From: Coraliomargarita sp.
GTDB taxonomy: Bacteria; Verrucomicrobiota; Verrucomicrobiia; Opitutales; Coraliomargaritaceae
Direction of reading: 5' to 3'
DNA: 64,000 nt
Assembly: GCA_965216325.1 (NCBI GenBank)
Contig: OZ244160.1
Span: forward strand, 896,001 to 960,000
The position numbers and the translations under genes were made by a program. Numbering within the stretch: the first letter of the stretch is position 1; every line of letters begins with the position of its first letter. Shown piece by piece: positions 9,763 to 22,610 of the stretch. The notes under the pieces were generated by a model. It had not been told where the DNA came from. It did not search any database and saw nothing but the letters and a program-made list of their open reading frames with translations.

Positions 9763-10398
9763 TGCCTTCACCTTAAACAAGGTGCCGCCTAGGCTACGGG
9801 GCTTCTGCTCGGAGGTGGCGGTGCCTTCGTCGCTGATCAGTTGGCCGTCTTCAAAGTAGCCGGGCTCTTTTCGCCAGTGCTTTTCGAGTTCGTCGTAGAG
9901 GTCGAGTAGCTCGTCGAGTTCGGTCACGCGGAATTCGATAGTTTTGGCATGTGTGGCGATCGGGTATTCTTTCATCACGACGTCGCCGGTGATGGTTTCG
10001 GTGATGCCGCGGGCTTTGTCGGCCATGGCTTGCACGCCGGGGACGTTCGCTGCACTGCCCGTTGGGATACCCGTCGTCGCTGTTGTAACGTTGCTCACTG
10101 CAGCGGCGTATTCGCCAGGCATCAGAGGGCGGGAGTAGTAGATGCGCAGTAGCGCATTGGCGTCAGTCATGACATTCACTTCAACGACTCGAAAGCCAGT
10201 GGTAATGTATTCCTGCTTAGAGATGGAGCGGAGCATGTTTTCACGTGCGAAGTAAGCTCGGGTTTCGCCCGGAAATTCGATGCCGAAGAGCTGCTTGTTA
10301 CGAATTGCGTTGGTGTCGACAGTGACTGCGCCTGCAGTGCTGAGGGCAGACAGTCCAAGTAGGAACAAGGGGGTAAATAGTTTGGTTTTAAGAAACAT
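9760..10398 (-). CDS. hypothetical exported protein
   Basis: probable start MFLKTKLF gives a Sec-type signal peptide; no recognised domain. Confidence 0.7.
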   Translation of the reverse strand: MFLKTKLFTPLFLLGLSALSTAGAVTVDTNAIRNKQLFGIEFPGETRAYFARENMLRSISKQEYITTGFRVVEVNVMTDANALLRIYYSRPLMPGEYAAAVSNVTTATTGIPTGSAANVPGVQAMADKARGITETITGDVVMKEYPIATHAKTIEFRVTELDELLDLYDELEKHWRKEPGYFEDGQLISDEGTATSEQKPRSLGGTLFKVKA

Positions 10399-10503
10399 TA
10401 TGATTAAGTGTGCTGCGTATGAAACGTGCGGAAAGCAAATATGTTGCACACTTAGTAATTTGATTTTGTGTAACTATTCAAGCCTGTCGCCTATATACCT
10501 CTC

Positions 10504-12156
10504 ATGTTATCTTGCAAAGACCTTACGGTAGAACTCGCGCCCAGTGGCATTCGTATTTTGGACCGCGCATCGGCGCACTTCAAACCGAGGGGGCTCAATG
10601 CAGTGATTGGTCCATCCGGTTGCGGCAAAACGACTTTGGTGAAGGCTATGCTGGGGATTTTGCCGAGTGTCGGGGAGGTCAATTATGCCGGCGAATCGAT
10701 TCAGGGAAGTGAAGATTTACAGGGGAAGTTGGCTTTTGCGCCCCAGTTTAGTATCAGCCACGAACATTTGAGCGTCGAAGAGGCGATCCGTTATGCAATG
10801 GATTTGTGTGTGGCCGATCATTCGGTGAAGGCGGATCGTTTGGAGGAGATTCTCCGGCGGATCGGTTTGAGTGAGCACCGTTCCAAGCGGGTCGGGGGCT
10901 TGAGCGGAGGGCAGTTACGACGCCTGGGCCTGGGCTTGGAATTGGTGGGCGACCCTCAATGCATGGTCTGCGATGAAGTGACCAGTGGTTTGGATCCACG
11001 CTCGGAAGATCAGATTTTGACCGTGTTACAGAAGCTGCGTGATGAGCGTGAGAAGACCTTTATCTGTATCATCCACAACTTGGCCAAGTTGGACTTTTTT
11101 GACTGGATTACGGTGGTGTTCCATGGCGCGGTCGTCTTTCAGGGCTCCTTGGATGAGTTAACGGCTTATTTTGATATTCCGGATGCTTTGCACCTCTATG
11201 ATCGGCTGAACGAGCGCGATATCGAGCATTGGCGTCAGCGCTGGAGCCAGCAGCCGCATGCTACAGTTGTGTTTGAGCATGAACCTGTGCCGGCGACGCC
11301 GCGTCCCAGTGCAACGGAGCAAATGATGACCTTGTTGAAGCGTCGCAGTGTCTTGTTTGCACGTGATAAAGGTTACTGGCTGTTGACTTTGGGAATCACG
11401 ATCGGCTTTCCGCTACTGGTTTGGATTTTTGCGATTGATGGCCTGCCGCAGTTGCGCGGGGTGGCGATGGATGCCACCGCAGGCTTCCGAGAGCAATTTG
11501 AGGCCGATCTACGTTTTCAAGTCGATGCCTTGGAAACGGCGTCTTTAGTGACGGGCCTAATTCTTTTCCAAGTCATTTTGCTCACCCTGATGGGGTCGAA
11601 TAATGGTGCGCGTGAAATTGCCGGAGAGCGTGAGCTCTACGAAAAAGAGCGCTTTGCGGGCCTTCGGCCGGGCGCATATGCAGTCAGTAAGTTGATTTTT
11701 GCGTCGTCGATAGCACTGCTGCAGGGGCTGTATATGGCCTTTTTTGTGAAAACGATGTGTGCCTTTCCCGGGCCAGTGCTGCCACAGTTTGGGATATTGA
11801 TGCTTTGCTGCGTATCCATGACAGCGGTATGTTTGGGCTTCTCGGCCACCTTGGGATCGGCTGATAAGGCGTCCTTGGTATCGGTTTACATGGTTGGATT
11901 TCAGCTGCCGCTCTCGGGCATCGTTCTCGCTTTGCCAGACTTCTTAGTCTGGGGCTGTCGTCCATTTATCAACGCCTATTGGGCCTGGGCGGGCTACTTT
12001 GGTTCGATGATCGATACGCGTTTTTTCGACGCCTACCGGATGCATAATTCGGATATGATGCCGAGCCCCTTGCTCGGGAGTTTAGTGCTCTTGGCTCAAT
12101 TCGCTGTCGGATCCGCTCTAGTCTTTTGGGGTTGCCAGAAAAAACGTTGGAATTAA
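10504..12156 (+). CDS. ABC transporter, fused ATPase + ABC-2 permease (ABCG-like half transporter)
   Basis: [23 protein letters not shown], then about 6 TM helices with [13 protein letters not shown]. Confidence 0.92.
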   Translation: MLSCKDLTVELAPSGIRILDRASAHFKPRGLNAVIGPSGCGKTTLVKAMLGILPSVGEVNYAGESIQGSEDLQGKLAFAPQFSISHEHLSVEEAIRYAMDLCVADHSVKADRLEEILRRIGLSEHRSKRVGGLSGGQLRRLGLGLELVGDPQCMVCDEVTSGLDPRSEDQILTVLQKLRDEREKTFICIIHNLAKLDFFDWITVVFHGAVVFQGSLDELTAYFDIPDALHLYDRLNERDIEHWRQRWSQQPHATVVFEHEPVPATPRPSATEQMMTLLKRRSVLFARDKGYWLLTLGITIGFPLLVWIFAIDGLPQLRGVAMDATAGFREQFEADLRFQVDALETASLVTGLILFQVILLTLMGSNNGAREIAGERELYEKERFAGLRPGAYAVSKLIFASSIALLQGLYMAFFVKTMCAFPGPVLPQFGILMLCCVSMTAVCLGFSATLGSADKASLVSVYMVGFQLPLSGIVLALPDFLVWGCRPFINAYWAWAGYFGSMIDTRFFDAYRMHNSDMMPSPLLGSLVLLAQFAVGSALVFWGCQKKRWN

Positions 12157-12198
12157 CGCTCAGCGAAACTTTTGTCTATCTTTCGCGTTACTAAAAAT

Positions 12199-12591
12199 AT
12201 GCTTTTATCCCGAACGAAACAAAGGGGCAGCGCACTGCCCATCGTTATCGGAGTGGTTGTCCTAGTCATGGCAATCGGTCTGTTTGTGAGTCTCCAGTCG
12301 AATGGTGCCAGCGATCTGGAGCCATTTCCGGCGAAGAGCTATCTGGAAAGCCCCGGGGACTTCCTTGGCAATACCTACGTATTGAATGCTCAAATTGATT
12401 TCCAACTTCGTTGGGAAAAGGGAGTCGGTCGTGTGCTTGCGGTTAAGGTGGCGGGCGATGACCGCACACGTATCCCTGTCTTCGTGCCGGACACAATTGG
12501 TGCGAATGTGCACAAGGGCCAACGTTATGAACTTGAAGTGTTAATTGAAGAGGGAGGGCTGATCTATGTGGAAGCGTTGCGTAAATATTAG
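12199..12591 (+). CDS. membrane-anchored protein with prepilin-like (PilX-type) N-terminus
   Basis: [22 protein letters not shown] followed by a small beta-rich domain. Confidence 0.65.
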   Translation: MLLSRTKQRGSALPIVIGVVVLVMAIGLFVSLQSNGASDLEPFPAKSYLESPGDFLGNTYVLNAQIDFQLRWEKGVGRVLAVKVAGDDRTRIPVFVPDTIGANVHKGQRYELEVLIEEGGLIYVEALRKY

Positions 12592-14524
12592 TCTGGCGCT
12601 TTCTGTTGGTGCGGCGTCGTATACTACGGCTCAAGGAGTATCTTCTTACCAGCCACCTGTTACGCAGCCGGCAGCTCAGCCAGCAACGACTCAGGCGGGT
12701 GTAATTGCTCCGACGAACGGCTCTTTGGAAAGTAACACCTTTCTCACCATGGCGGATCGTGTTTTCAATCCGGACAGCGATTCGATGGACTTTGAAAACG
12801 GTAGCTTCGTCTGGAAGGGGCGCAGCTTTAGCTTAGTCAATCAGCGTGCGTTTCGTGCGCGTCTGGAGCGTTTCTTGCTCTCTGAGCCAAATGAGGATGA
12901 TGAAAGTTATGCATTGATCATGCAGGACATTCTGGACCGCTTGTCGGTTTCCGAAGTTGGCAGTGATGATGACATTCTGGAGACATGGGAGTTACTGTTC
13001 CGTGCATCCGAGTTTGTTTCAGACGGAGGGAATAGCACTATTGTGGCGAATCAGGTGTTTAATGCATGGCGTATACGCAAGGAAAGCCGTGGGGTGGCAT
13101 TGTCTCAGCGTGAGCTGGAGCAGATTCGCAAATATCAGCAAGAGGTGGTCGCAAACCGTTCGTTGATGATTCAGAAACTTCAGGAACAGCAGGCTCAAGA
13201 GTCTGTTCGTATGTCTGAGAGCAAAGGTAAGGGGAAGAAAAGTAAGAGCTCGAAGGGAGACTCACAACTTGCGAGTGAGGCGGCGTTCCGCGCCTTGGAT
13301 CTTGTCGAGACCGAGGCCAAGTTGCTCGCTTTAGAGGGGCAAGCCGCGACGACTGCGATGGTTGCGAAGTTACAGTTCCAAAGTCAGATCGTGAGCTTTT
13401 TGCAACAGCGCCGCTTCCAACATGCGCTGGTTCTGTGTGGGTTTTATCAGTTGATCTTTAAGGGCTCCCAGCAGCAGCTCGAAGTGGGGAAGGACCAACT
13501 CCAGTCATTCTTTCCCAATAGTGACCTGAGCTTCACTGTGGATACGATCGCCTTTGTTTCGAATGAAGCGATCAACGACATTCGTAAGGGGGTCGATTCA
13601 GTTAACACTGCCTATGCTGAAGATCGCCAGCTAATTGCGCTCGAGCGTTTGCAGGAAACCTTCTTTCTCGGAGAGTATGTGCCGGAGCTGAATTTGATTC
13701 CGAAGGAACAGCGTCGTCACCTGCTGGACCTGTATCGCTCTATGATGGAAGCCAACGAATTGGCGGAAGCTAAAGATTACAACGGCGTTGCTGAGATGGC
13801 TGAAGAAATACATGCCCTTGCTAAGGACTTCCCGAAGAACCGTGTGTTGTCGAGTATCGAGACTGCCAAAAGTATGAGTGACATGGCTGTCTTTGCGGCT
13901 TCGCAGTATCGCAATCTCGGCGACATCGACAAGGCGCGCAACGAGTTGCAAACAGCAATTGAGATCTGGCCATCGAACCCGGCAATTCGTGATTTTCAGC
14001 AAGAAACCACACGTATGGCGACTGCTGGTTCTCAGGGAGTAATCGCATTCGACGACTTGTATAAACGAAAGGACTATCGTGGCATCTATGAGAATCGTAT
14101 GGAACTCGGGTTCGCACTTGCTGAAGACCCGCAGCGTCGCCCGCTGCTAATGGAAGTGATTGATCAGGTCAGCCGGGTCGAGCTTCTCGTGGCGCAAAGT
14201 GCGGAGCTGGATACGCAGGGCGAGCCCTATGCGGCGTGGGAGCTTTTGGCGGAGGCGGCTAAGATCAGTGCCGATGATGCTGCCTTGAACAAGGCGCGTG
14301 CTGAGCTTGCGCCGCGTGTTGCGGACTTTGTGCAGTATCTGAACCGCGCGGAGCGTCAGGCGGAGGATGGCCATCCCGCCGGATCTCTAGCAGCGTATTT
14401 GAAGGCTCAGGATATCTATCCGGCAAGTCGACTGTGCCGCGAAGGTATTGAGACTCAGGCAAACCGTATTATGGCCTTGGTTCAGGAAAATCAAGCGAGC
14501 TCAAACTCTAGCGAGCAACCGTAG
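12566..14524 (+). CDS. exported helical/TPR-like protein
   Basis: signal peptide, P/Q/A/T linker, coiled coil, TPR-like motifs ([16 protein letters not shown]). Confidence 0.75.
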   Translation: MWKRCVNISLALSVGAASYTTAQGVSSYQPPVTQPAAQPATTQAGVIAPTNGSLESNTFLTMADRVFNPDSDSMDFENGSFVWKGRSFSLVNQRAFRARLERFLLSEPNEDDESYALIMQDILDRLSVSEVGSDDDILETWELLFRASEFVSDGGNSTIVANQVFNAWRIRKESRGVALSQRELEQIRKYQQEVVANRSLMIQKLQEQQAQESVRMSESKGKGKKSKSSKGDSQLASEAAFRALDLVETEAKLLALEGQAATTAMVAKLQFQSQIVSFLQQRRFQHALVLCGFYQLIFKGSQQQLEVGKDQLQSFFPNSDLSFTVDTIAFVSNEAINDIRKGVDSVNTAYAEDRQLIALERLQETFFLGEYVPELNLIPKEQRRHLLDLYRSMMEANELAEAKDYNGVAEMAEEIHALAKDFPKNRVLSSIETAKSMSDMAVFAASQYRNLGDIDKARNELQTAIEIWPSNPAIRDFQQETTRMATAGSQGVIAFDDLYKRKDYRGIYENRMELGFALAEDPQRRPLLMEVIDQVSRVELLVAQSAELDTQGEPYAAWELLAEAAKISADDAALNKARAELAPRVADFVQYLNRAERQAEDGHPAGSLAAYLKAQDIYPASRLCREGIETQANRIMALVQENQASSNSSEQP

Positions 14525-14605
14525 CAGTTTGATTCCGTAGGCTATCCTACAAGAGTAAGCGTCTCGTTTGTATCCCTATTTTAAATACGCAGGCAATATC
14601 CTGTG

Positions 14606-15496
14606 CTATGCGCCCAGCAAGGCATTCACACGTGCTTTGGTGGGCAAGGCGCTGCGGGCACCTTGGGCTAAGCAGGTGAGGGCACCAGTCGCGCAGGCAC
14701 GGCGGAAGTTGTTGTGCAGATTGAAGCCTTGTGCGAGTCCAAGCGCAAAGGCGCCGTGAAAGGCATCGCCGGCTCCAGTAGTATCGACCGCATCGATGTC
14801 AAAGGCGCTTATGTGGTGTTGCCCGTGGTCGTCCTGCCAATAGACGCCTTCGGCTCCCCAGGTGGCGGCAATCACCGGTGCAGCACCATCGAGTGCTGCG
14901 AGTGCCATGCGTGGGTCGTCCTCGTGGCTCATCTGTTTGGCGAACTTCTCAGATGCGATGAGATAGTCGACTTTGTTGAATAAGAGCTGGGTGCCGTCGT
15001 TGATGGAGCCGGCATCGAGCACGGACGGAATGCCGAGTTCTCGAGCTTCTTCTACCAGCTTGAGTGAGAGTAGTGGTTGATGGCCGTCGATCAGTAGCAC
15101 TTTGGCTGGATGCGTGTGCAGTGAGATTGCATCCTCCGGACTGATCGCTTTGGGCGAGCGGTAATCGATAATTGAGCGCGCACCATCTGGTTTGATCGTG
15201 ACCGCTGCGACGGGAGTGGGGGCCTCGCCCAGATTCAGCCCTTCGGTGTCGACGCCTTCTACCTGTAGTTCATCCAGATGAGCTTGGCCAAAAGCATCCT
15301 GCCCAAGGTAGCCGACAAAACGCGCACTGCCTTCGAGGCGAGCGATCGTGACTGCGGCGTTGGCTGCCGGACCACCGCCGCAGGTATGCATTGCGGTGGC
15401 TCGCAGTTTCTCATCCGCCCTCGGATGGTGTGAGGCTGCAAAATTGATGTCCACGCACGCGTAGCCGACGCAGAGGACATCGATGGGCTCGGACAT
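14606..15496 (-). CDS. PfkB-family carbohydrate kinase (resembles sulfofructose kinase YihV group)
   Basis: [15 protein letters not shown] and [13 protein letters not shown] signatures. Confidence 0.9.
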   Translation of the reverse strand: MSEPIDVLCVGYACVDINFAASHHPRADEKLRATAMHTCGGGPAANAAVTIARLEGSARFVGYLGQDAFGQAHLDELQVEGVDTEGLNLGEAPTPVAAVTIKPDGARSIIDYRSPKAISPEDAISLHTHPAKVLLIDGHQPLLSLKLVEEARELGIPSVLDAGSINDGTQLLFNKVDYLIASEKFAKQMSHEDDPRMALAALDGAAPVIAATWGAEGVYWQDDHGQHHISAFDIDAVDTTGAGDAFHGAFALGLAQGFNLHNNFRRACATGALTCLAQGARSALPTKARVNALLGA

Positions 15497-15497
15497 C

Positions 15498-17288
15498 TTA
15501 GTAGACGTCGCGCAGGTAGCGCTTGTCAGATTTGAGTTGCTTCACGTAGGCCGCTGCGTCGTCTTCGCTCAGGCCGCCTTCCTTAGCGATCACATCGTGG
15601 AGCGCCTTGTCGACGTCGGCTGCCATACGGCTGGCATCGCCACAGACGTAGAAGGATGCGCCGTCTTGGAGCCACTGATAGAGTTCCTTGCTGTTCTCGA
15701 GCATGCGATCCTGCACATAGATCTTGTGTGCTTGGTCGCGGGAGAAGGCGACGTCGAGCTTGTTGAGCACGCCGTCCGCCAGGTAGCTTTGGAATTCGGT
15801 CTGATACAGGAAGTCGGTCAGGTAGTGCTGATCGCCAAAGATCAGCCAGTTCTTGCCGGCTGCTTCGGTTGCTGCGCGCTCTTCGATGAAGGCGCGGAAC
15901 GGAGCGATACCGGTGCCGGGGCCGACCATGATGACTGGTGCATTCGGATCAGCGGGGAGCTTGAAGTTTTTGTTTGGCGTGACGAAGACGTCGGCTTTTT
16001 GGCCTTCTTCAATGCGATCCGCTAGGTAGGTCGAGCAGACGCCCTTGCGCTCGCGGCCGTTGGAGTCGTAACGAACGACACCGACTGTGAGGTGGACTTC
16101 GTCTTCGTGTGCCTTCGGGCTGGAAGCGATCGAGTAAAGGCGTGGCGGAAGCTTGCGCATGATGCTCGCGAGACCTTGTGCATCGAGCTCCTTGGCAGGG
16201 AAGTCGACGAGCACATCGACGATTTCACGGCCCCAGCTGTAGTCGTTGAGCTTTTCCTTGTCGTTGATCAGTGCTTCAAGTTCGGTGCTTTTGGCGAACT
16301 CGTTGTAGCGATTGAGCACTGGCTTGGAGATGGCGGTAATATCCAGCTGGCTAGTGAGTGCGTCGCGAAGTGTGAACTCGCCGTCCTTAAGTGTGACCTT
16401 GGCGGCACCGTCGAGCTTGGTTGCTTCAAGGATCGCGTCGATCACGTCGTCGGCGTTGTGCGGCACGACTGCAAGGGCATCGCCAGTCTCGTAGGTGAGC
16501 CCGGAACCTTCGAGGTCGAATTCAAGGTGGATGGTTTCCTTGGCGGAACCTTTGCCATTGAGAAGCACGCGTTCCTTCAATTCAGCGGGGAATGGGTTCT
16601 TGCGAGAGTATTTCACTGCAGGAGCAGCTGCGGCTGCGACGCCTGCTGCAGCAACCGGTGCGGCAGTGGTGATCGCTTCCTTGGCGAGTGCATCGAGTGC
16701 GGCATTGACCCATGCGGCGTAATCGTCGTCGTAGTCGACATCGCAGTCCTTACGATCCGCAATGCGCTTACCGCCGAGTGCTTCGAGGCGCGCGTCGAAA
16801 TCTTTGCCCATTTTGCAGAAGTGCTCGTAGCTGGTGTCACCGAGACCGAGCACGGAGAAACGCACGCCGTCAAATTTCGGCGCGCTGTCGCCCATGAAGT
16901 TTTCGTAGAAATCAACGGAGTTTTCCGGTGGATCGCCTTCGCCCCAAGTGCTGACGATCACGAGCAGGTTTTCAACCTTCTTGAGTTTGGCCGGGTTGAT
17001 GTCGCCCATGCTGACTGCCTTGGCCTTGAAGCCTTTGGCATTGGCAGCCTTTGCGGTTTGGTCGGCGAGACCCTCGGCATTGCCGGACTCGGAGCCGAAG
17101 AGCACGGTCAGCTCAGGTTTCGCTGCCGGAGTTGCAGGGGCTGCCGCTGCGGCGCCACCTTGACCGGCGCGCAGGCCACTGATGAATCCTTCGAGCCAGA
17201 GCACTTGGTCGGGCTGCAAAGTCGGCAGCACGGCATTGAGTGCTTGCTGCTGTTCGGGGGTTAGTGGCGATGTTGCTGGAATAGTCAT
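15498..17288 (-). CDS. cysJ: sulfite reductase [NADPH] flavoprotein alpha subunit
   Basis: GSESGNAE flavodoxin loop, [34 protein letters not shown]-terminal RYLRDVY. Confidence 0.96.
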   Translation of the reverse strand: MTIPATSPLTPEQQQALNAVLPTLQPDQVLWLEGFISGLRAGQGGAAAAAPATPAAKPELTVLFGSESGNAEGLADQTAKAANAKGFKAKAVSMGDINPAKLKKVENLLVIVSTWGEGDPPENSVDFYENFMGDSAPKFDGVRFSVLGLGDTSYEHFCKMGKDFDARLEALGGKRIADRKDCDVDYDDDYAAWVNAALDALAKEAITTAAPVAAAGVAAAAAPAVKYSRKNPFPAELKERVLLNGKGSAKETIHLEFDLEGSGLTYETGDALAVVPHNADDVIDAILEATKLDGAAKVTLKDGEFTLRDALTSQLDITAISKPVLNRYNEFAKSTELEALINDKEKLNDYSWGREIVDVLVDFPAKELDAQGLASIMRKLPPRLYSIASSPKAHEDEVHLTVGVVRYDSNGRERKGVCSTYLADRIEEGQKADVFVTPNKNFKLPADPNAPVIMVGPGTGIAPFRAFIEERAATEAAGKNWLIFGDQHYLTDFLYQTEFQSYLADGVLNKLDVAFSRDQAHKIYVQDRMLENSKELYQWLQDGASFYVCGDASRMAADVDKALHDVIAKEGGLSEDDAAAYVKQLKSDKRYLRDVY

Positions 17289-17492
17289 AGCAATAAGAGG
17301 ATCTGGTAAAGTTGTTGAAATGAATCAATTGTTGGCCGAAATGCTAGCATGAATTGCCGCTTTTGGTCTTTTCTTGGGTTTTTGAGTGACAAACCTAAGA
17401 AAAGAGTCAATTTAATCCGAAAATAATTTGCGCCCCCGTGCTTGAGCGGGCAGTTTGCGCAGCTTTATCGAACGCATTTATTACCGAGTATT

Positions 17493-19259
17493 ATGATCTC
17501 CGACAGTCAGGCACCGCAGAAATTGCATAAGAACGAAGGCATCAAGACCAACAGTAACTACCTACGAGGCACGCTACTGGAAAGTCTCGCAGATGTCTCC
17601 ACGGGTGCAATCGCATCCGACGACCAGCAGCTTTCCAAGTTCCACGGTTTGTATCAGCAGGACGATCGCGATGTGCGCAACGACCGCCGCAAGCACAAGC
17701 TGGACAAGGCCTATTCCTTTTTGGCACGTATCTGCCTTCCCGGCGGTGTGACCACTCCAGAACAATGGTTGGTCGTCGATGAATTGGCCAGCTTCTGTGC
17801 CTTCAACACTATCAAGTTGACCACCCGTCAGGCCTATCAGCTACACGGTATCTTGAAGGGCAACCTAAAGGAAGTGATCAGCCGCTGTAATGAAACTGCG
17901 ATGACGACGCTCGCGGCTTGTGGTGATGTGAACCGCAACGTGATGTGCATTCCAAATCCGGATGAGAGCGACGTGCACGCCGAAGTGCAGCGTATTACTG
18001 AAGAAATCGACGCGCACCTGAAGCCACAGACGCCTGCGTTCAGCGAAATGTGGTTGGACGGCAAGCCGATCAAGCTTGGTCTCGAAGCTGAAGAGGGACG
18101 CTCGCAAGATTGTGGTGGCGATGAAGTGGAGCCGCTTTACGGTAAGACCTACCTGCCGCGTAAGTTCAAGATTGCGGTTGCGATCCCGCCGAACAACGAC
18201 GTCGATATTTTCGCCAACTGCCTTGGCTTTATAGCGATCATCGAAGACGGCAAGCTCGCTGGCTTCAACGTGACTGTTGGTGGTGGCATGGGCATGACCC
18301 ACGGCAACGAGGCGACCTTCCCGCGCCTCGCGGACGTGCTTTGCTTCTGTAAGCCAGAGCAAGCAGTGGCGGTTGCGGAGAAGATCGTAACCATCCAGCG
18401 CGACCACGGTAACCGTGTGGAGCGTGCCAATGCGCGCTTCAAGTATACCGTCGAACGCCTTGGAGTGGACTGGATCCGTAAGGAGCTTGAAAACCGTCTT
18501 GGTTACGAACTCGAAGATGCACGTGATTACAAGTTTACTGACAATGGCGACCGCTTCGGCTGGCGCGCAGGCGCAAACGGTAAGTGGCACCTTGGTCTGT
18601 TCATCGAAGGTGGTCGTGTCGTGGACACCGAAGGCAAGCCATTGAAGACTGGCATGCGTGAGATCGCTAAGGTCCACAAGGGGGACTTCCGTCTCACGGG
18701 TAACCAGAACCTGATCATTGGTAACGTTGCTGCTGAAGACAAAGATCAGATCGATGCTCTGGTTGAGCAATATGGTCTCGATGGCTACAAGACTGCGACA
18801 GGTTTACGCAAGGGACAGATCGCTTGTGTGGCGCTGCCAACCTGTGGTCTCGCACTTGCTGAGTCTGAGCGCTATCTGCCAACACTGGTGGATGCACTTG
18901 AAGATACGATCGAGAAGGCGGGCCTGCGTGACGATTCCATCGTTATTCGCTCGACCGGTTGCCCGAATGGCTGTGGCCGTCCATACCTTGGCGAGATCGG
19001 TCTCGTTGGTAAGGTTCCAGGCAAATACAATTTATATCTCGGCGCTGGTTTTGAAGGTCAGCGTTTGAACAAGCTTTATCGCACATCCGTCACGCATGAC
19101 GAGATCGTTGAGGCGCTCAAGCCAATCATCCTAGACTACGCTAAGGAGCGTGCAGAGGGCGAACGCTTCGGTGACTTCACTATCCGTAAGGGCTATGTGA
19201 AGGCGACATCGGCTGGGAACCAGTTCCACGCCGACATTGCGGACGAGGCGAAGAAGTAG
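17493..19259 (+). CDS. cysI: sulfite reductase hemoprotein beta subunit
   Basis: KFHGLYQQDDRD, ACGDVNRNV, YLPRKFK, CVALPTC and TGCPNGC siroheme/4Fe-4S ligands. Confidence 0.96.
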   Translation: MISDSQAPQKLHKNEGIKTNSNYLRGTLLESLADVSTGAIASDDQQLSKFHGLYQQDDRDVRNDRRKHKLDKAYSFLARICLPGGVTTPEQWLVVDELASFCAFNTIKLTTRQAYQLHGILKGNLKEVISRCNETAMTTLAACGDVNRNVMCIPNPDESDVHAEVQRITEEIDAHLKPQTPAFSEMWLDGKPIKLGLEAEEGRSQDCGGDEVEPLYGKTYLPRKFKIAVAIPPNNDVDIFANCLGFIAIIEDGKLAGFNVTVGGGMGMTHGNEATFPRLADVLCFCKPEQAVAVAEKIVTIQRDHGNRVERANARFKYTVERLGVDWIRKELENRLGYELEDARDYKFTDNGDRFGWRAGANGKWHLGLFIEGGRVVDTEGKPLKTGMREIAKVHKGDFRLTGNQNLIIGNVAAEDKDQIDALVEQYGLDGYKTATGLRKGQIACVALPTCGLALAESERYLPTLVDALEDTIEKAGLRDDSIVIRSTGCPNGCGRPYLGEIGLVGKVPGKYNLYLGAGFEGQRLNKLYRTSVTHDEIVEALKPIILDYAKERAEGERFGDFTIRKGYVKATSAGNQFHADIADEAKK

Positions 19260-19281
19260 TTCTTAGGCTAGAATCTTTTTC

Positions 19282-19318
19282 AACAGGCAGACTGCTCGAT
19301 GCGGTCTGCCTGTTTTTT
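19282..19318 (+). terminator. intrinsic terminator of cysI
   Basis: AACAGGCAGAC...GTCTGCCTGTT hairpin followed by a T run. Confidence 0.8.
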
Positions 19319-19322
19319 ATAA

Positions 19323-19386
19323 GTAGCACAGGCATCTTGCCTGTGTCGCAGTGAATCGGGTGAAACAGGCGAGACGCCTGTTCTAC
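19323..19386. repeat. GTAG-type REP doublet
   Basis: GTAG-CACAGGCATCTTGCCTGTG ... AACAGGCGAGACGCCTGTT-CTAC. Confidence 0.75.
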
Positions 19387-19420
19387 ACTTTCCTTGCCAA
19401 GCGTCTATTAGATAAGCAGC

Positions 19421-19846
19421 GTGCTTCGGGTGGAAATAATCGAAGCACAGTTACCATTACTCAGGCATGTCGTGGACTTCGGCTTGGTGGTATTGATCTG
19501 GCTGGTGCAGCTGATTATTTACCCAAGCTTTCGCTATGTGGATCGCACGCAACTGGAGCTCTGGCATAAGCGCTATGTTGCTCGGATTACCGCTGTGGTT
19601 GGCCCTTTGATGATCGCGCAAGTTCTGGTGCTTTCCCTGCAAGTGACTCTTGAGATGAATTGGCTCCATGCGCTCTCGCTCGTGCTTGTTGGATTCTGCT
19701 GGCTCAGTTCCTTTGGGCTGTCGATTCCCTGCCACCGCAAGATCGAACACGGGCAGGGGACTGCTGATGTTTTGGAATGTCTTGTGCGCACTAACTGGCC
19801 ACGCACTGTTTTGTGGACTGCGGTGTTTGTGCTCGGATTGCTTTGA
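19421..19846 (+). CDS. hypothetical 4-TM membrane protein
   Basis: four hydrophobic helices, motifs WLVQLIIYP, WH..Y, P.H, NWPRT..W; exact start uncertain. Confidence 0.75.
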   Translation: MLRVEIIEAQLPLLRHVVDFGLVVLIWLVQLIIYPSFRYVDRTQLELWHKRYVARITAVVGPLMIAQVLVLSLQVTLEMNWLHALSLVLVGFCWLSSFGLSIPCHRKIEHGQGTADVLECLVRTNWPRTVLWTAVFVLGLL

Positions 19847-19894
19847 CTATGAAAAACGCGAAAGTTTGAGATCGGGACGAAGTTGTCGTCTTTC

Positions 19895-19968
19895 GTAGGG
19901 CTCGTGCTTGCACGATGCCGTCCCGGAAAGGCTTCGGTTCTAAGGCATTCTGCAAGCAGAAGCCTTAC
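19895..19968. repeat. GTAG-type REP doublet (second sequence type)
   Basis: GTAGGGCTCGTGCTTGCACGATGCC and inverted copy (rc GTAAGGCTTCTGCTTGCAGAATGCC) with compensatory stem changes. Confidence 0.72.
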
Positions 19969-20016
19969 AGCTATTATCCCACACACAGAATTAGGTTATA
20001 CCTGCTTAGGGTGTAT

Positions 20017-20054
20017 AAAACAAACAAGCCCGCTCCAATTTGGAACGGGCTTGT
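20017..20054 (-). terminator. intrinsic terminator of typA
   Basis: ACAAGCCCG...CGGGCTTGT stem; T-rich tail on the minus strand. Confidence 0.75.
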
Positions 20055-20076
20055 GGATTAAATCACTAGCGAGGCC

Positions 20077-21906
<1,830 letters not shown>

Positions 21907-21917
21907 GGTATCTAATG

Positions 21918-21996
21918 CTTAATCGTAATCTTACTCCTGATCTTAATCGCAAACGCCGTGGGGGAGTAGGATTAAGATTACGAGTCGGATTACGAT
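21918..21996. repeat. inverted hexamer micro-repeat element
   Basis: CTTAAT-CGTAAT-CTTACT-CCTGAT-CTTAAT facing GAGTAG-GATTAA-GATTAC-GAGTCG-GATTAC. Confidence 0.7.
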
Positions 21997-22033
21997 GTGC
22001 TCTTTGAAGAGGGAAGTTGCTGATAAATAATGA

Positions 22034-22060
22034 ACCCCGTCGTCTGTCTTACGGCGGGGT
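22034..22060 (-). terminator. probable terminator of the 22122-22526 gene
   Basis: ACCCCGTCGT/ACGGCGGGGT stem; TTCATTATTT follows on the minus strand. Confidence 0.55.
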
Positions 22061-22121
22061 GGTTGAAATCAGCGCGCGATCACGTCGATACGCGGCGGGG
22101 AAGTCAATGGTAATGATACCC

Positions 22122-22526
22122 TTAAATTATCGCGTCGTCTCCGACGTAATCTAGCACTTCGGGGATGCCGACGAATTGTGCGGCAGCTTCTGCGGTCGAG
22201 AAAATGCCGACGTTTTCGGCGTGTTCGACGCGCTGCTGGAATAGGTGGCTCAGTGCGACGACGATGGGGTCATCTGCGATGATGGCCCATTTTGCCTCTC
22301 CAAACAGGTTGGAATCATTCATCAGGCTAGCGAAGGCGTAGAGCTCTACTTTGGTCATGCGCGAGACCGAGCCTCGATAGTCGGCAATGCCTGCGTAGGT
22401 CGGATCGTAGAGCGGATCAGCAAAGAGTTGGTCGGTTTTCTTGGCCAGTTCTTCCACGGTAATCGAGCCGGTGACCGTTTCGACGATCAGTTTGTGCTCA
22501 GGGAGAATTCTGTAGAGATAGTCCAT
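22122..22526 (-). CDS. hypothetical protein (SpoIIAA/STAS-like alpha/beta fold)
   Basis: pattern 'G.ITVEE...DP.YDP...IADYR...KWAIIAD...IFST.EAA..F'. Confidence 0.65.
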   Translation of the reverse strand: MDYLYRILPEHKLIVETVTGSITVEELAKKTDQLFADPLYDPTYAGIADYRGSVSRMTKVELYAFASLMNDSNLFGEAKWAIIADDPIVVALSHLFQQRVEHAENVGIFSTAEAAAQFVGIPEVLDYVGDDAII

Positions 22527-22610
22527 TGGGATTCGGATTTCGGGACTGTGTTAAGATGTAAACCGTTTGTAATTTCTATTCTTAGCATAGGTGAAATGAA
22601 TATCAAGTCG

